From assembly GCA_001275005.1 (NCBI GenBank), contig JWZX01002250.1, positions 1-37,317 of the forward strand: 37,317 bases of DNA, written 5' to 3'. The translations under genes and the position numbers were made by a program. The notes below the pieces were generated by a model that worked only from the letters and a program-made list of their open reading frames with translations, had not been told where the DNA came from and did no database searches. This DNA is from Chrysochromulina tobinii. Lineage: Eukaryota. Within the stretch, counting starts at the first letter, position 1. Each line of letters starts with the position of its first letter. Positions 18,763 to 29,852 of this stretch are shown here, piece by piece.

Positions 18763-20203
18763 ATGGGCCAGACACAGTCGGGCAACGGCAGCAGCGGCAA
18801 GCGCCCTGCCATCGACCCGGCCCACCTCCTCCCACGGCAGCTTCCGCTGAACTCGCAATGTGCGCATCGCATGCAAAGTGGCTTCCGTGGCATGCCCTCA
18901 CAGCCCCGCGTCCGCGCCCGCGATGCTTGACGTGCCCACCCGCCTTTTGCACTTGCAGGGGACCCGCGGACTATTAGGAAGATGGTGCTCGAACGAAAGC
19001 TTGCTCCATTCTTCAAGGGCGAGGACGACGCGGGAGGGGACAAGGAAGAGTGCCCCATTTGCATGCTGGTGAGCGCATCGGCAGCACATTCTGACTATTG
19101 AGCCGCCGCGTATGGAAGGCTACTCCATTCCCTTGTGCTCTCCTCATCCTCGCATCACTCAAGTGTCCCGTGCCGTCTGCTTCCCGACTGCCTCTCGTCG
19201 CAGTACTACCCCGGTGGGCTCAACCGCTCCAACTGCTGCAGGCAGGGCATCTGCTCAGAGTGCTTCCTGCAGGTGAGCCCGCGCGCCAACAGGACGGCGA
19301 GCTGCCCATTTTGCAAGAGGGAGAACTACGCCACCACCTTCCGTGGCCCGATGAACGCGGCTGAGCGCGAGCGACTTCAGGAGGAGGAGCAGCGTGCGAT
19401 CGAGGCGCAGATCGGGACGAGGGTGCGCGCTCGCGCGTGGCAGCGCCCGCGCGCCCGGATCGTCGTGCACTGTCCAGCCGAGCTGCGCGTGGCGGCTCGG
19501 CTCTCCCACGGGCCCTGCCACTCTTCGCGAAGCGCGCACTCGGCGGGTGCAAGCGTATCCCCACTTCCCCCTGATCTCGGAGTTGATCTCGGAGTTTCTC
19601 GTTTCGTCTCCCTCGGGCTGCGTCTCATCCCGTGTACCCCCCCTCCCACGCAGAATCGAGAGGAAAAGGCGTACCTCGACCGACTCGCGGAGCGAGGCAT
19701 GATGCTGCCACCAGGCCTTCTCTCCGGCTCCGACGCGCAGCCTATCCCCGGCGCCCAACGCATTTCCAGTCCTGCAGCCGACGCGGCCATTCACACGTCC
19801 ATCCACACGGCCGTGGGCCGCGACGGCTCGCGAGGCGCGTCGCTGGGCGCCACGCCACCTGGCGAGAGCCCGTTTACGTCGTTCACGGCGTCGCCCATGC
19901 GGCTCGCGACTTCGATCCACGACGAGGACGACGAGACCCAAACGCGATGGCTCGAGGCACAGCGGCGAGCAGCTGAACAAGCGATGCGCGGATCTCACAC
20001 GGCCTCGCCTCCCACCGTGCCGCTCCTCGACCGTCATCGCGCCTCCGAGCACTTGCGCGCGCAGCAGGCGAGGCGCGAGAGCCGCGAGAGCGCTGGCGCC
20101 GGCGAGGCGGCCGACTCGTGGCAGGACGAGCTCGAGGAGCTCATGCTCCTTGAGGCCATCCGCCAATCCCTGCAGGATGGGCAGCCGCGCGCTGGCAGCA
20201 GCA

Positions 20204-20241
<38 letters not shown>

Positions 20242-20916
20242 AGCGGCGGCTACGCCGGGAGCGGCGGCGGCGGCAGGGGCGAGGAGGACGAGGAGGACGA
20301 GGAGGATCACCAGCATGCGATGGGCGGCGGCGCGCGCTCTCAGCACGGTGCCCAGCATGCAAGTACTCCGCACAGCGCCCATCCGTGGGATCTCGCTGCT
20401 CAGCTCGCCGTGCACGTCGAACAGTCCATTTGGGGCGCCCAGCACAGCGCCCAGCACAGCGTTCAGCACAGCGCCCAGCACAGCGCCCAGCTTGGACGGG
20501 GACGAGGACGAGGAGCGTCCATGCGGGACGAGGACGCTCACGAGGACGCGAGGCAGATGGCCGCCTCGACGACCTTTGGGCTGGGCGCGATGGGGCGCGA
20601 GGGTCGGCCGGCGGTAGCGCGTGCCAGCCGCGCCGAGGAGGATGGTGACTATGACGAGGAGGACTATGGGGAGGAGGGCGAAGAGGGCGACGAGGCTGAC
20701 CATGAGGGTCCTCGTGAGCACGATTTGCCTCCACCCGCCGAGGGCGAGAGCGCTCACGAGGACGCTCTGCAGTTTGGCGGGAGCACCTTACGCGCACCGT
20801 CGGACGACGACGACCCCGAGCTGCAGCTTGCTCTCGCCCCTCTCACTGTCCATGCAGGAGCTTCATCATCAGCAGGAGCAGCAGCAGCAGCAGCAGCAGG
20901 TGCAGGTGCAGGTGCA

Positions 20917-20955
<39 letters not shown>

Positions 20956-21496
20956 GCAGCAGCAGCAGCAGCAGCATGAGCAGCAGTCGGCGGCATCGGC
21001 ATCGGCGCAGGCGGCGGGCGAGGGCGGCGAGGGCGAGCACGAGGATCAAGCTCAGCTGGCCGATCGTGTAACTGTCGCGCCGCTGCCGACAACATGGCCG
21101 CCGCCGCCGCCGCCGCCGCCGCTGCCGCCGCCGCTGCCGCCGCTGCCGCCGCCACCGTTAGATACGTCTATAGGCCCCTCAGGATCCCCCTCAGGACCCA
21201 AGCCTATCGGCGCCCACCCTGCGCGGGATGGGGCGCCGAGCCTAATGGCGTCAGGCCAATCCCTCTCCGCCGCCGCCAGCGTGAGTCCCCTGACTCCGCC
21301 CGCGGCCATCGGCGCGCCCTTCTCACCCACCAGCTCCGCCAACGGTGGCTGGACATCGACCGCCGCCGTAGACGCCGCAGTCAATGCAGGGATTCCAGCA
21401 GAGATTCCGGCGGAGATTCTGGCTGGGGTCGGAGGCCCCACGCCGCCAGATTCGCCTGAGATTCAGGTGGCCCGATCCAGCTCTATGGCTAGCTGA
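18763..21496 (+). CDS. SIP5/GW2/DA2-like RING protein with N-myristoylation motif and two UIMs; introns 18860-18958, 19069-19203, 19423-19653; +1 frameshift at 20837-20840
   Basis: The spliced product reads MGQTQS..WDPRTIRKMVLERKLAPFFKG..EECPICML|YYPGGLNRSNCCRQGICSECFLQV..CPFCKRENYATTFRG, the GW2/SIP5 RING pattern. UIM-like ELEELMLLEAIRQSLQD is present; a second UIM, DPELQLALALSLSMQE, appears after removing one C from the C4 run. Confidence 0.85.
20871..20985 (+). repeat. CAG microsatellite (polyQ in corrected frame)
   Basis: Long cag/gca run with caggtg interruptions. Confidence 0.95.
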
Positions 21497-22090
21497 AGAC
21501 GCGGCTACACCCCCGAGGGCGAGGGTGCTTGATGGAGCGCCGATTGCGCTGCGATGGCCCCACGCAGCTGGAAGATGGGCGGCTGTGGTGAGCGAGAGAG
21601 CGAGCGAGGGAGAGAGAGCGAGAGCAGAGCAGCATGCGAATAGAGGCCCACATCGATCATCGTCGGGATCATCGTTCTGGGGTCGAAATGCACTGGGCAA
21701 CCGTCCATTACTGTAGCAGGGCTGCCTCCTTGGAGAGGCCGGATCGCGTCGCTCTTGCGCGTGCACAGGCGGTTGTCAGGATCGCGTCTCCAGAGTGCGG
21801 CAGCTGAGATGATATGTGTGTCAGAGTCGTCTGAGTCTATCGTTCTGCAGGGAACGTCCAGTACACACAGGAAGCAGAATTGGCGAAACCACATGGACGG
21901 ATTAGTGACTGGAGTAGTACAAACCGATCACCGCGGCCGAGCACTACTCACGAGCACCAGCGGCAATGGAGTCGCTCAGCCACAGGACCGCCACGCGTCC
22001 AACGCTCACGCAGACCGCCTCTCGCTCATCGACCGGCTGCCGCACATCAACAACGCCACGGCCGCGCGCCTGATTTTCTAGGGACAGATA

Positions 22091-22263
22091 ATGGCATCCC
22101 ATCCCGAACTCTGGACGTGCGCCTTTTGCACGTACTGCCACGAGGAGCCCAACGAGCTTTTGCTCCAGCGCTGTAGCATGTGCGAGGCTCCGCGCAGCGC
22201 CAAGGTCCCAAGGGCAGCCGCGCAGAGCTCATTTGCACACGGTGACGAGCAAGATGATGATGT

Positions 22264-22294
<31 letters not shown>

Positions 22295-22975
22295 AAGGAC
22301 GAGGAAGAGCACGGCGGCTTTGCTGACTGTGAAGATGAGGTGGCGGCCATCCGAGACGGAGGCGGCGGAGTCGCCGACGGTGCGCCCGATCCGACCTCTG
22401 CCGTCGAAAGTGCATTTGACCTTGCAATGGAGAAGGACCTTGCCAAGGCATTTGCAAACGGCGGTTCAGCAGCGGCGACCAAGGTGATCACCAAGGAGTA
22501 CATGCGGCTCATGAAACTTCAGACACGCGGCCAGAACGAGGGCATCGTCGTCTCCATGCCAGACGAGGCCAACGGGTATCGCTGGGCGGTGGCCGTGACG
22601 CCGCCAGACGACACGGCGCTCTTCAACGAGCTTCAGGCGTTTGCGTACAAGCACTCGGTGCCTGCGCACATCGAGATGGAGATGCTTTTCTCACAGGACT
22701 TCCCCATGAATCCGCCGTTTGTGCGTGTGCTCCGACCGCGCTTCGCCTTCCATACAGGCCACGTGACCCTTGGCGGCTCCATATGCATCGAGCTCCTCAC
22801 CTCCTCTGGTTGGAGCCCAGCATACTCCATCGAGTCGCTCCTCATCCAGCTTCGCTCTCTCTTCATCGTGGGTGAGGCGCGGCTCGATCCACTTCGACCG
22901 AACGTGGCCTACGGAGAGCAAGAAGCGCGCGAGGCCTTTCATCGCGTCGCTGCTCAGCACGGTTGGAGGGTCTGA
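22091..22975 (+). CDS. Ubiquitin-conjugating enzyme E2, UBE2Q family, with N-terminal RanBP2/NZF zinc finger and acidic tract
   Basis: WTCAFCTY..CSMCEAPR finger. UBC domain FSQDFPMNPPFVRVLRPRF..GHVTLGGSICIELLTSSGWSPAYSIES has the catalytic Cys in the UBE2Q-type GGSIC context. C-terminal EAREAFHRVAAQHGW. Confidence 0.9.
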
Positions 22976-23679
22976 ACGTCGCGAATGAAAGCACAGACGA
23001 CAGAGGTCGCCAGACGGAGCGTGAGCGCCCGTGATAACACGGACTGACGCTGCGCGGACATCAGTCTGTGTGCAGCCGGACTGGCGCAGCGCTGGTCACG
23101 TCGACTGCAAAGCGCGGCCAGACTGCCTGTAGCTGCGGGCTGCGGGCTGCGGGCAACCATCCTGAGTAAACATGCCTGAGGCAGAGGGCACCAGCATGGG
23201 AGCTCCCGACCGGGGAACGGGCGAGCGATTGGTGTCATCAAGCTACAAGCTTGCGAAGTATACATGTAGCTCCGAGGCATGAAAACACGGGTCTCGCCGC
23301 ACTTACTATACTGACTAAACTTTTCAGATATAATTCAGATATAAAACTAAGTCTCTAGTCTGGGCGGTCCGGCGCGGGGTCGGACGTAGCGGACGCTCCC
23401 ACCCGATCCCAGAACTCCCTTTGTTATTTCATGGCTCAGCATGCGGCGTATTTTTGGGGTATCGCTAAGGGTGCACTTTGGGAGCAGTTGCCGAGGCGCA
23501 GGGCTCCCAACCCTTAACCAACCCCTCGCCCAAACTCGGGTCAGCATTAACGGAGCTTTAAACGGAGCGCCCGCCTCAGTTAGGATTCGCAATCAGACAT
23601 CTGGAGTCCGCACTTTGATCTCCCAACCCGACGCGCGACGACGCGACGACTGCGCCCGAGTGCTCGTGGCTGAGAAGAG

Positions 23680-24684
23680 ATGATGGGCGAACCACAGCCG
23701 GGCATGCCGGGCGCGATGCCTACCAACCCGATGGGAGCGCCTCCGCCCGCCGTCATGATGCCCCCGACCGCCAACGGCCGCGAGCGGGGCACAGTCAGCC
23801 GCTGGACCGAGCGTGGCTTTGGTTTCATCACACCCAGCGGTGGCGGTGAGGACCTCTTCTGCCACTTCTCGAACATCGAGGACGGCAATAGCCTCGAGCC
23901 GGGGACGCTGGTTGAGTACGTGAAGATCTTCGACGACCGTAAGGGCAAGGAGCGCGCCGAGCAGGTCACGGGCGGAGTCACCGTCGAGCGCTATGGCACT
24001 GGATTTGCCGGCGGTGGTGGCGGCGGCGGCCGCGGCGTCTGCTTCGACTGGCAAAAGGGGCAGTGCACGCGCGGCGCCGCGTGCCGCTTCTCGCACGACG
24101 GCGAGGGCGGCAGCGGCGGCGGCGGCTTCGGCGGCGGCGGTGGCGGCGGTGGGGGCCACCGTGTGTGCTTCGACTGGCAAAAGGGGCAGTGCACGCGCGG
24201 GGACTCGTGCCGCTTTGCGCACAGCGAGCCTGGGGGTATGGGGATGGGCGGCGGCATGATGTTCGGCGGTGGAATGGGCGGCGGCATGGGCGGCGGCATG
24301 GGCGGCGGCATGGGTGGGGGCATGGTCGGCGGCATGATGGGCGGCTTCGGCGGTCAGGCCGGTACGCCCAACGCCCCCGGAAGCGTGCCCTATGCCCTCC
24401 CCAAGATTCCCCATTGTTGCTCACCGCCCCTTTCACCCCGTTCCCGCCCCGCGATCGCAGGCTACGGCGGACAGCCTGGCTATGGCGGACAGCCTGGCTA
24501 CGGCGGACAGCAAAATTACGGCAGCCAGGGTGGCCAGGGAGGCTACCCTGGGTACGGCGGCGGCGCTGCTCCTGGCGCCGGTTACGGCGTATCGCAGCCG
24601 GGTGCGGGCGGCTACGGCGCCCCCCAGATGCAGGGAGGCTACGGCGGATTTCCCGGCGGCGGCGGCGGCCAGGGGGGCTGGTAA
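23680..24684 (+). CDS. Cold-shock-domain protein with two CCCH zinc fingers and Gly/Tyr-rich tail; probable intron 24362-24460
   Basis: CSD with RNP1 RGFGFI and RNP2-like LFCHFS; two CFDWQKGQCTRGxxCRFxH (C-x7-C-x5-C-x3-H) fingers; GGM and GYGGQ repeats. A 99-nt GTACGC..CGCAG segment interrupts the Gly-rich tail with atypical residues. Confidence 0.9.
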   Translation: MMGEPQPGMPGAMPTNPMGAPPPAVMMPPTANGRERGTVSRWTERGFGFITPSGGGEDLFCHFSNIEDGNSLEPGTLVEYVKIFDDRKGKERAEQVTGGVTVERYGTGFAGGGGGGGRGVCFDWQKGQCTRGAACRFSHDGEGGSGGGGFGGGGGGGGGHRVCFDWQKGQCTRGDSCRFAHSEPGGMGMGGGMMFGGGMGGGMGGGMGGGMGGGMVGGMMGGFGGQAGTPNAPGSVPYALPKIPHCCSPPLSPRSRPAIAGYGGQPGYGGQPGYGGQQNYGSQGGQGGYPGYGGGAAPGAGYGVSQPGAGGYGAPQMQGGYGGFPGGGGGQGGW

Positions 24685-25586
24685 GCGCCCCACGAAACGA
24701 AAAGAACTCGCGTGATGGTGGCCGCTCTCGCGTCCCTGCGGTGCAGCGAAGCGACCGACCCCCCACCCCCTCTTTCAACGGGTAGAGAGGGATGACGCAC
24801 GCGATCATGGAAGCTGCACAATCTGTCATCTGCGGCGTGCTCTCCCATCCAAACTGGAAAACAGGCCCCTGGACCGGCGATGTTCTCAACATGTAGGGTG
24901 TGTGTTTGGTCTGGCAGCGTGTGGGTGTGTGACACACCCTGTGTGAGGCGGTCTGAGGCGGTGAGACCTGAGGATCGAAGAGTGGGGGCGTATAGCGTGC
25001 CATAGGGAACGCGCGGGGGGCGAGCGAGAGGCGCGGATGCCCCCTGCTGGCGGCGCATGTGCGAGAAGGCGATACGATAGGCGCAATTCCAGCGGCCAGC
25101 GGCTAGGCCTAGCGTCCCGAATGTATAGCGCGGCACAACCTCGGGACGGGCGGGGGCCTGTGCTGCAGCCGTGTTACAGCCGTGTACAAGTACAGCTCGT
25201 ACTTTGCCGAAAGGTACCGGTGTCCGGTGCGCGATGACCGATGTGGGTGGTATGACTGATGTGATCAGATGGACGAGGGCGGTGAGGCTTGCGCGCGACC
25301 GTCTGTCCCAGTCCCGTCCGTCTCCGAGCCGAGAGCGTCGCGAGGGTCCTCCGTTGAAGGCTTCTCGTCAGGACGTCACTCTCCCCGCTTGTCAAGTCTG
25401 TGCTCTGGGGTTGAAAATGGACTTCCCCCGAAACTCGGAATGCCCACTAAGCGAAGTAGACTTCTCATGTTCTTCATAAACGACGACCCTGATGAATACG
25501 GAAGTCTGACTTGACTTGACATAACGGCGCGCGGCGAGCGCTCGGCGTCCACTCGACCCCACGGAACGTGTGAGTGGTCAGCAGCG

Positions 25587-28120
25587 ATGCCGGACGACAG
25601 CAGCGACGATGATGACGACGTACCGTTCGCCAAAATCTTCGCGCAGCAGCACACCGCTCTGTACAGCCAGAGCAGCATCAGCAGTGCCGCAGCTGCGCCT
25701 AAGGCGGAGGCACCTCCCCCGGTGAAGCCACCTCCTCCCGCCTCTTCGTCGGGGGAGAAGAAGAAGAAGAAGAGCGCCAGCACTGAGCCGACGGCAGCCG
25801 ACACGCGCGAGGCAGAGAAAATGGCCATGTACATGCGCCAGTTCGAGAAGATGGAGGAGGCCGAACAGCGGCGGCAGCGATATGCGCAGATGAAGCGTGA
25901 GCGCGAGGTTGCCGACCCGTGCACTTGCGGCCATGCACGAGCGCGCCGGCTTCCCAAGCCGCTCGCGCCCGGTGGCCCACGCTGCCCACGCTGCACGCCG
26001 CTGGTGGCGCGGCCCATGGGTGCATCCAAGCCGATCGAGGGCAAGCCTCACGAGATCGTCGACGCGCCGCTCTTCTGCCCGACCGAGGAGGAGTTTGCCG
26101 ATCCGATGGCTTACATCCGTTCGGTCCAAGCGCAGGCGTACGAGTTTGGCATCTTCCGCATTCAGCCGCCACCCTCCTTCCGTCCGCCCAAGATCTTCCA
26201 TCGGCACCGCGACGCCGAGAACTATGGAGGCGTGAGTACGGCCGCCTCGCAGCCAGCCGAGGCCGACCTCGCCCCACCGCCACCGGCTGACGCGGTGGAG
26301 ACTGACGGGGTGCAGAGCGCCATCGACGCCGACGCCGACCACACGAAGCGCGCGAGACACAGTGCCGCAGCGGTGCCCTCACGCTCGGATGCGGCTGTGG
26401 TAGGGGATGCGCACGACCCTCAGCACGACGCGCACGGCGAGGACGCGTACGGCGAGCAGACTAGGCTTGGGAGGCGGCCCTCGGCAGCCGACTACACGCC
26501 CATCGGGCCTGAGGACTCCTTTGAGGCCCGGCTGCAGGCCATCAAGGCGCGTCCGGCGGTCGAGGTAGGCGGGCCGGCGGCCGGGTCGCGAGCGGGCCCC
26601 TTTATCTGCTCCTTCACGCATAAGTACGCGCGCTACTCGCTTGAACAGTACAAAGCTCTCGATGCGCAGCTTCGCGCGACCTGCTTCGCCCCGGTCGCCG
26701 CGGACGGCGCGGGCGCGGGCACGGGCACCACCGAGGCCGAGTGCCCGCCTCCATCGCCCGAGCAGGTGGAGCAATGGTTTTGGGACGGGTTGGCCTCCGA
26801 GAGCGAAGGGCGCATCCTGTACTGCAGCGACCTCGACGGCACGGCCTTCCCGCGCACAGGTACCTATGGAGCGCATCCATGGTCGCTGCAACAGCTCGCA
26901 GAACACGAGCGCGGGTTGCTTCGGTTCGTCGAGTACGCCATCCCGGGTGTGAACACGCCGATGCTCTATTTTGGGATGCTCTTCTCGATGTTCTGCTGGC
27001 ACGTGGAGGACCAGTACATGTACTCGACCTCGTACCTGCATGAAGGAGCGCCCAAGACGTGGTACGGTGTGAGCCCGCGCTACGCTGAGCGCTTCGAGCG
27101 CACCTTCTCCCGCGCGTTTGCGAGCAAAGTCGATGTCGACCCTGAGCTCTTCGTCAAGAAGGCGTCGATGGTGCCGCCCTGGCAGCTCCTCGATGCAGGC
27201 GTGCCCGTGTGTCGCGCCGTCCAGCAGGCCGGTCAGTTTGTGGTGACGCTGCCACAGGGCTACCATGCGGGCTTCTCGCATGGCTTCAATACGGCCGAGG
27301 CGGTCAACTTCGTGCTCATCGATTGGCTCTCGTACGCGCGGCTGCGCAGCCAGCCGGTACGACATGCAAGTGCTCACCACGGACGCCCCCCTCCCCTCTC
27401 TCTCCTCTCTCTCTTGCCCATAGGTATGCGGCCGCCGCAGCGAGCCGGTACGAGATGCTTGCCAAGGAGCCGGTCATCGACGTCGAGCAGATCCTCGTAC
27501 GCGCCTCGCATGCTGACCACTCTCCCGAGGTCCACGCCGAGCTCGCGCGCTTGGTGGCGGAGGAGCTTCGGCTACGTGATGAGGCGAGGCGCGAGTACGG
27601 CTGCGTCGACACCCCGATGGATCCCGTCGACAAGGAGGCTAACCTAGGCCGCTCGCCGCCGTGCGACGTCTGCGGGCGCATCTGCCATTTTGCATTTGCG
27701 CAGGCCAGCGCGGCGCATACCCGCGCGAGCCGATCCGGGCGAGATCCGGGCGAGATCGCGGCGAGATTCGGGCAGGGCCGCCAGCAGGCCTCGCCGGGTG
27801 CTGCTGGCGCGCTGCTCATCGTGTGCATGCATCATGTGCCCACCCTCTGTGAATCCCAAAGCGACGCCCACGGCAACGGCGCGGACGTGTTACTTCACCT
27901 GCGATACCTTGATGACGAGCTCGTCAGGATGGCGCAGGACGCTTGCAACGCAGCCCAGCGCAGGAAGCCTCATGGAACACTCACGCTTCCCAAGCCACTG
28001 CCTGCGGCCGCCGCGCTACCCAAAGCGGTCGAGAACGCCCTTCGCACGCTTGGCGAGGGGAAGAAGCGCCAGAAACGGCGCGCCGGGGGCCTCACGTTTG
28101 GGATGCAGTGTGTGATGTGA
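25587..28120 (+). CDS. JmjN/JmjC histone lysine demethylase (KDM5/KDM4-like) with C5HC2-like zinc finger; intron 27332-27423
   Basis: JmjN APLFCPTEEEFADPMAYI..FGIFRIQPP. JmjC MLYFGMLFSMFCWHVED..KTWYGV..YHAGFSHGFNTAEAVNF has HxE..H iron ligands. Splicing gives DWLS|YAAAAASRYEML. CDVCGRICH..CMHH finger. Confidence 0.92.
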
Positions 28121-28503
28121 GCGGGTGGTTCCGATGGGAGATGCATCCGAAGGAGGGTATCCGAAGGGGTGACGTGCCGCCGCGCACCCGTGCTGCGTGC
28201 TGCCGCCAGATGGCGCGCATGATCTGGCATGAGAGCGGACCAGAGAGGGGGCGGCCGAAGGAGTTATGGCAGGTGGGAGACTGATATTCATGCTGAGAAG
28301 GTGGACCGGAGAGCGGAGTCAGCATTCTCTAGAGCCGACTTCAGAAGGTGTTGTTAGGGTGAGTCCATGCCGCCCACACTCTCAGCTCTGACTCTTCGAG
28401 CAAATTGTCATGAAACGTACGCAGTGAAGATTCCCGAATAGAAGGAATTCGAGGAATTCGAGAGGCGAGATGGAATAGAAGATGCAGTTCGGGGACACCG
28501 AAG

Positions 28504-29496
28504 ATGCAGAAAATGCTGTATGGACTTTTCGTAGCAGCATGCCTCGCGCCGGCCGCCGCCGTGATGAACATTGTCCAGACCGCCAACGCCACCGCGGACC
28601 TCTCGACCCTGGTCAAGGCTCTGGCTGCGGCGGGACTGGACGGGACCCTGTCTGGGACCACTCCCTTTACCGTGTTTGCCCCTACCGACCTGGCCTTTGC
28701 CGAGCTGCCTGCGGGAACCCTCTCCTACCTGCTCGACCCAAAGAATGTGCAAAAACTCCAGGCCCTCCTGCTCTACCACGTGCTCAATGGCAACGTCCCG
28801 TCTCTCGACCTGGGCCCGCAGCAGAATGTGTCGACAGTCAATGGCGATCAAGTGCTGGTTGTCACCAACCAGAGCGCACCTGCGCCGTACGGCCGTCTGC
28901 AGGTCTTCGTAAACCAGGCGCAGGTGCAGGCGGCTGACGTCGTGTGCACCAACGGCTTCGTGCACATCATCAACAGCGTACTCCTCCCACCGACGTTCCT
29001 GCACGAGGTCCCTGCGGCTGCGGCCGTGCAGACCGTCGGGCCATCATCGGCGACGATGAACATTGTCCAGACCGCCAACGCCACCGCGGACCTCTCGACC
29101 CTTGTTAAGGCGCTGCAGGCCGCTAGACTCACTGACACGCTCTCCGGACCCGGTCCCTTCACCGTGTTTGCGCCGACCGACCTGGCCTTTGACAAGCTGC
29201 CTGCGGCAACCCTCTCGATTCTGTTCCAGCCGATCAACATCAGAAAGCTTCAGGACCTCCTCCTCTACCATGTGGTATCAGGCACCCTCCGTGCTGCCGA
29301 CTTTGGGCCGCGGCAGAATGTTACGACGGTCAATGGCGATCAAGTGCTGGTCGTCACCAACCAGAGCGCCCCTGCGCCGTACGGCCGTCTGCAGGTCTTC
29401 GTAAACCAGGCGCAGGTGCAGGCGGCTGACGTCGTGTGCACCAACGGCCTCGTGCACATCATCAACAGCGTACTCATCCCGCCGGGGTTCCTTTGA
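28504..29496 (+). CDS. Secreted fasciclin protein with two FAS1 domains
   Basis: Signal peptide, plus two copies each of H1 FTVFAPTDLAF, LLYHV and H2 NG[FL]VHIINSVL. Confidence 0.93.
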   Translation: MQKMLYGLFVAACLAPAAAVMNIVQTANATADLSTLVKALAAAGLDGTLSGTTPFTVFAPTDLAFAELPAGTLSYLLDPKNVQKLQALLLYHVLNGNVPSLDLGPQQNVSTVNGDQVLVVTNQSAPAPYGRLQVFVNQAQVQAADVVCTNGFVHIINSVLLPPTFLHEVPAAAAVQTVGPSSATMNIVQTANATADLSTLVKALQAARLTDTLSGPGPFTVFAPTDLAFDKLPAATLSILFQPINIRKLQDLLLYHVVSGTLRAADFGPRQNVTTVNGDQVLVVTNQSAPAPYGRLQVFVNQAQVQAADVVCTNGLVHIINSVLIPPGFL

Positions 29497-29517
29497 GAGA
29501 CAGGTGCGGCTCCCGGA

Positions 29518-29568
29518 GCACGAGGAAAGCACGATGACGGAAAGCACGATGTAAGCACGATGACGGGA
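29518..29568 (+). repeat. AAGCACGATG-type short tandem repeats in fasciclin 3' flank
   Basis: gcacgaggaaagcacgatgacggaaagcacgatgtaagcacgatgacggga. Confidence 0.8.
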
Positions 29569-29852
29569 TTCTCTCGCGCATGAACTCGCATGGTCCGAGC
29601 GCGCTTTAATTCCGCTCGCCGTTAGCCGGTGACCAGAATCGAAAAGACAAAAGTCCCGAGCCGAATCAAACCACCACACCGCGGTGCGCGTCGGGTCGCG
29701 CGCCGCGCGCGCGGGCAACGGCCAACCCTCTCGCGTTAGGCAAGAGCGCCGCCCCTGCCCCCTCTCGCGTTGGCCGTAACGCGCAAACGCGGTAAGGCGT
29801 AAGCCGAGCGTTACCGTACGCTATCTTCGTTCCATCAGCCCATCGTTGTCGC

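Noticed and set aside
21755..22081. ORF in frame with the E2 gene, separated by one TAG (possible readthrough)
   Set aside because: The peptide has no recognisable features and the E2 ORF has its own ATG directly before the zinc finger. More likely 5' flank or an intron acceptor (TTTTCTAG).
23500..23530. Telomere-like CCCAACCCTTAACC
   Set aside because: Too short and irregular to be an interstitial telomeric array.
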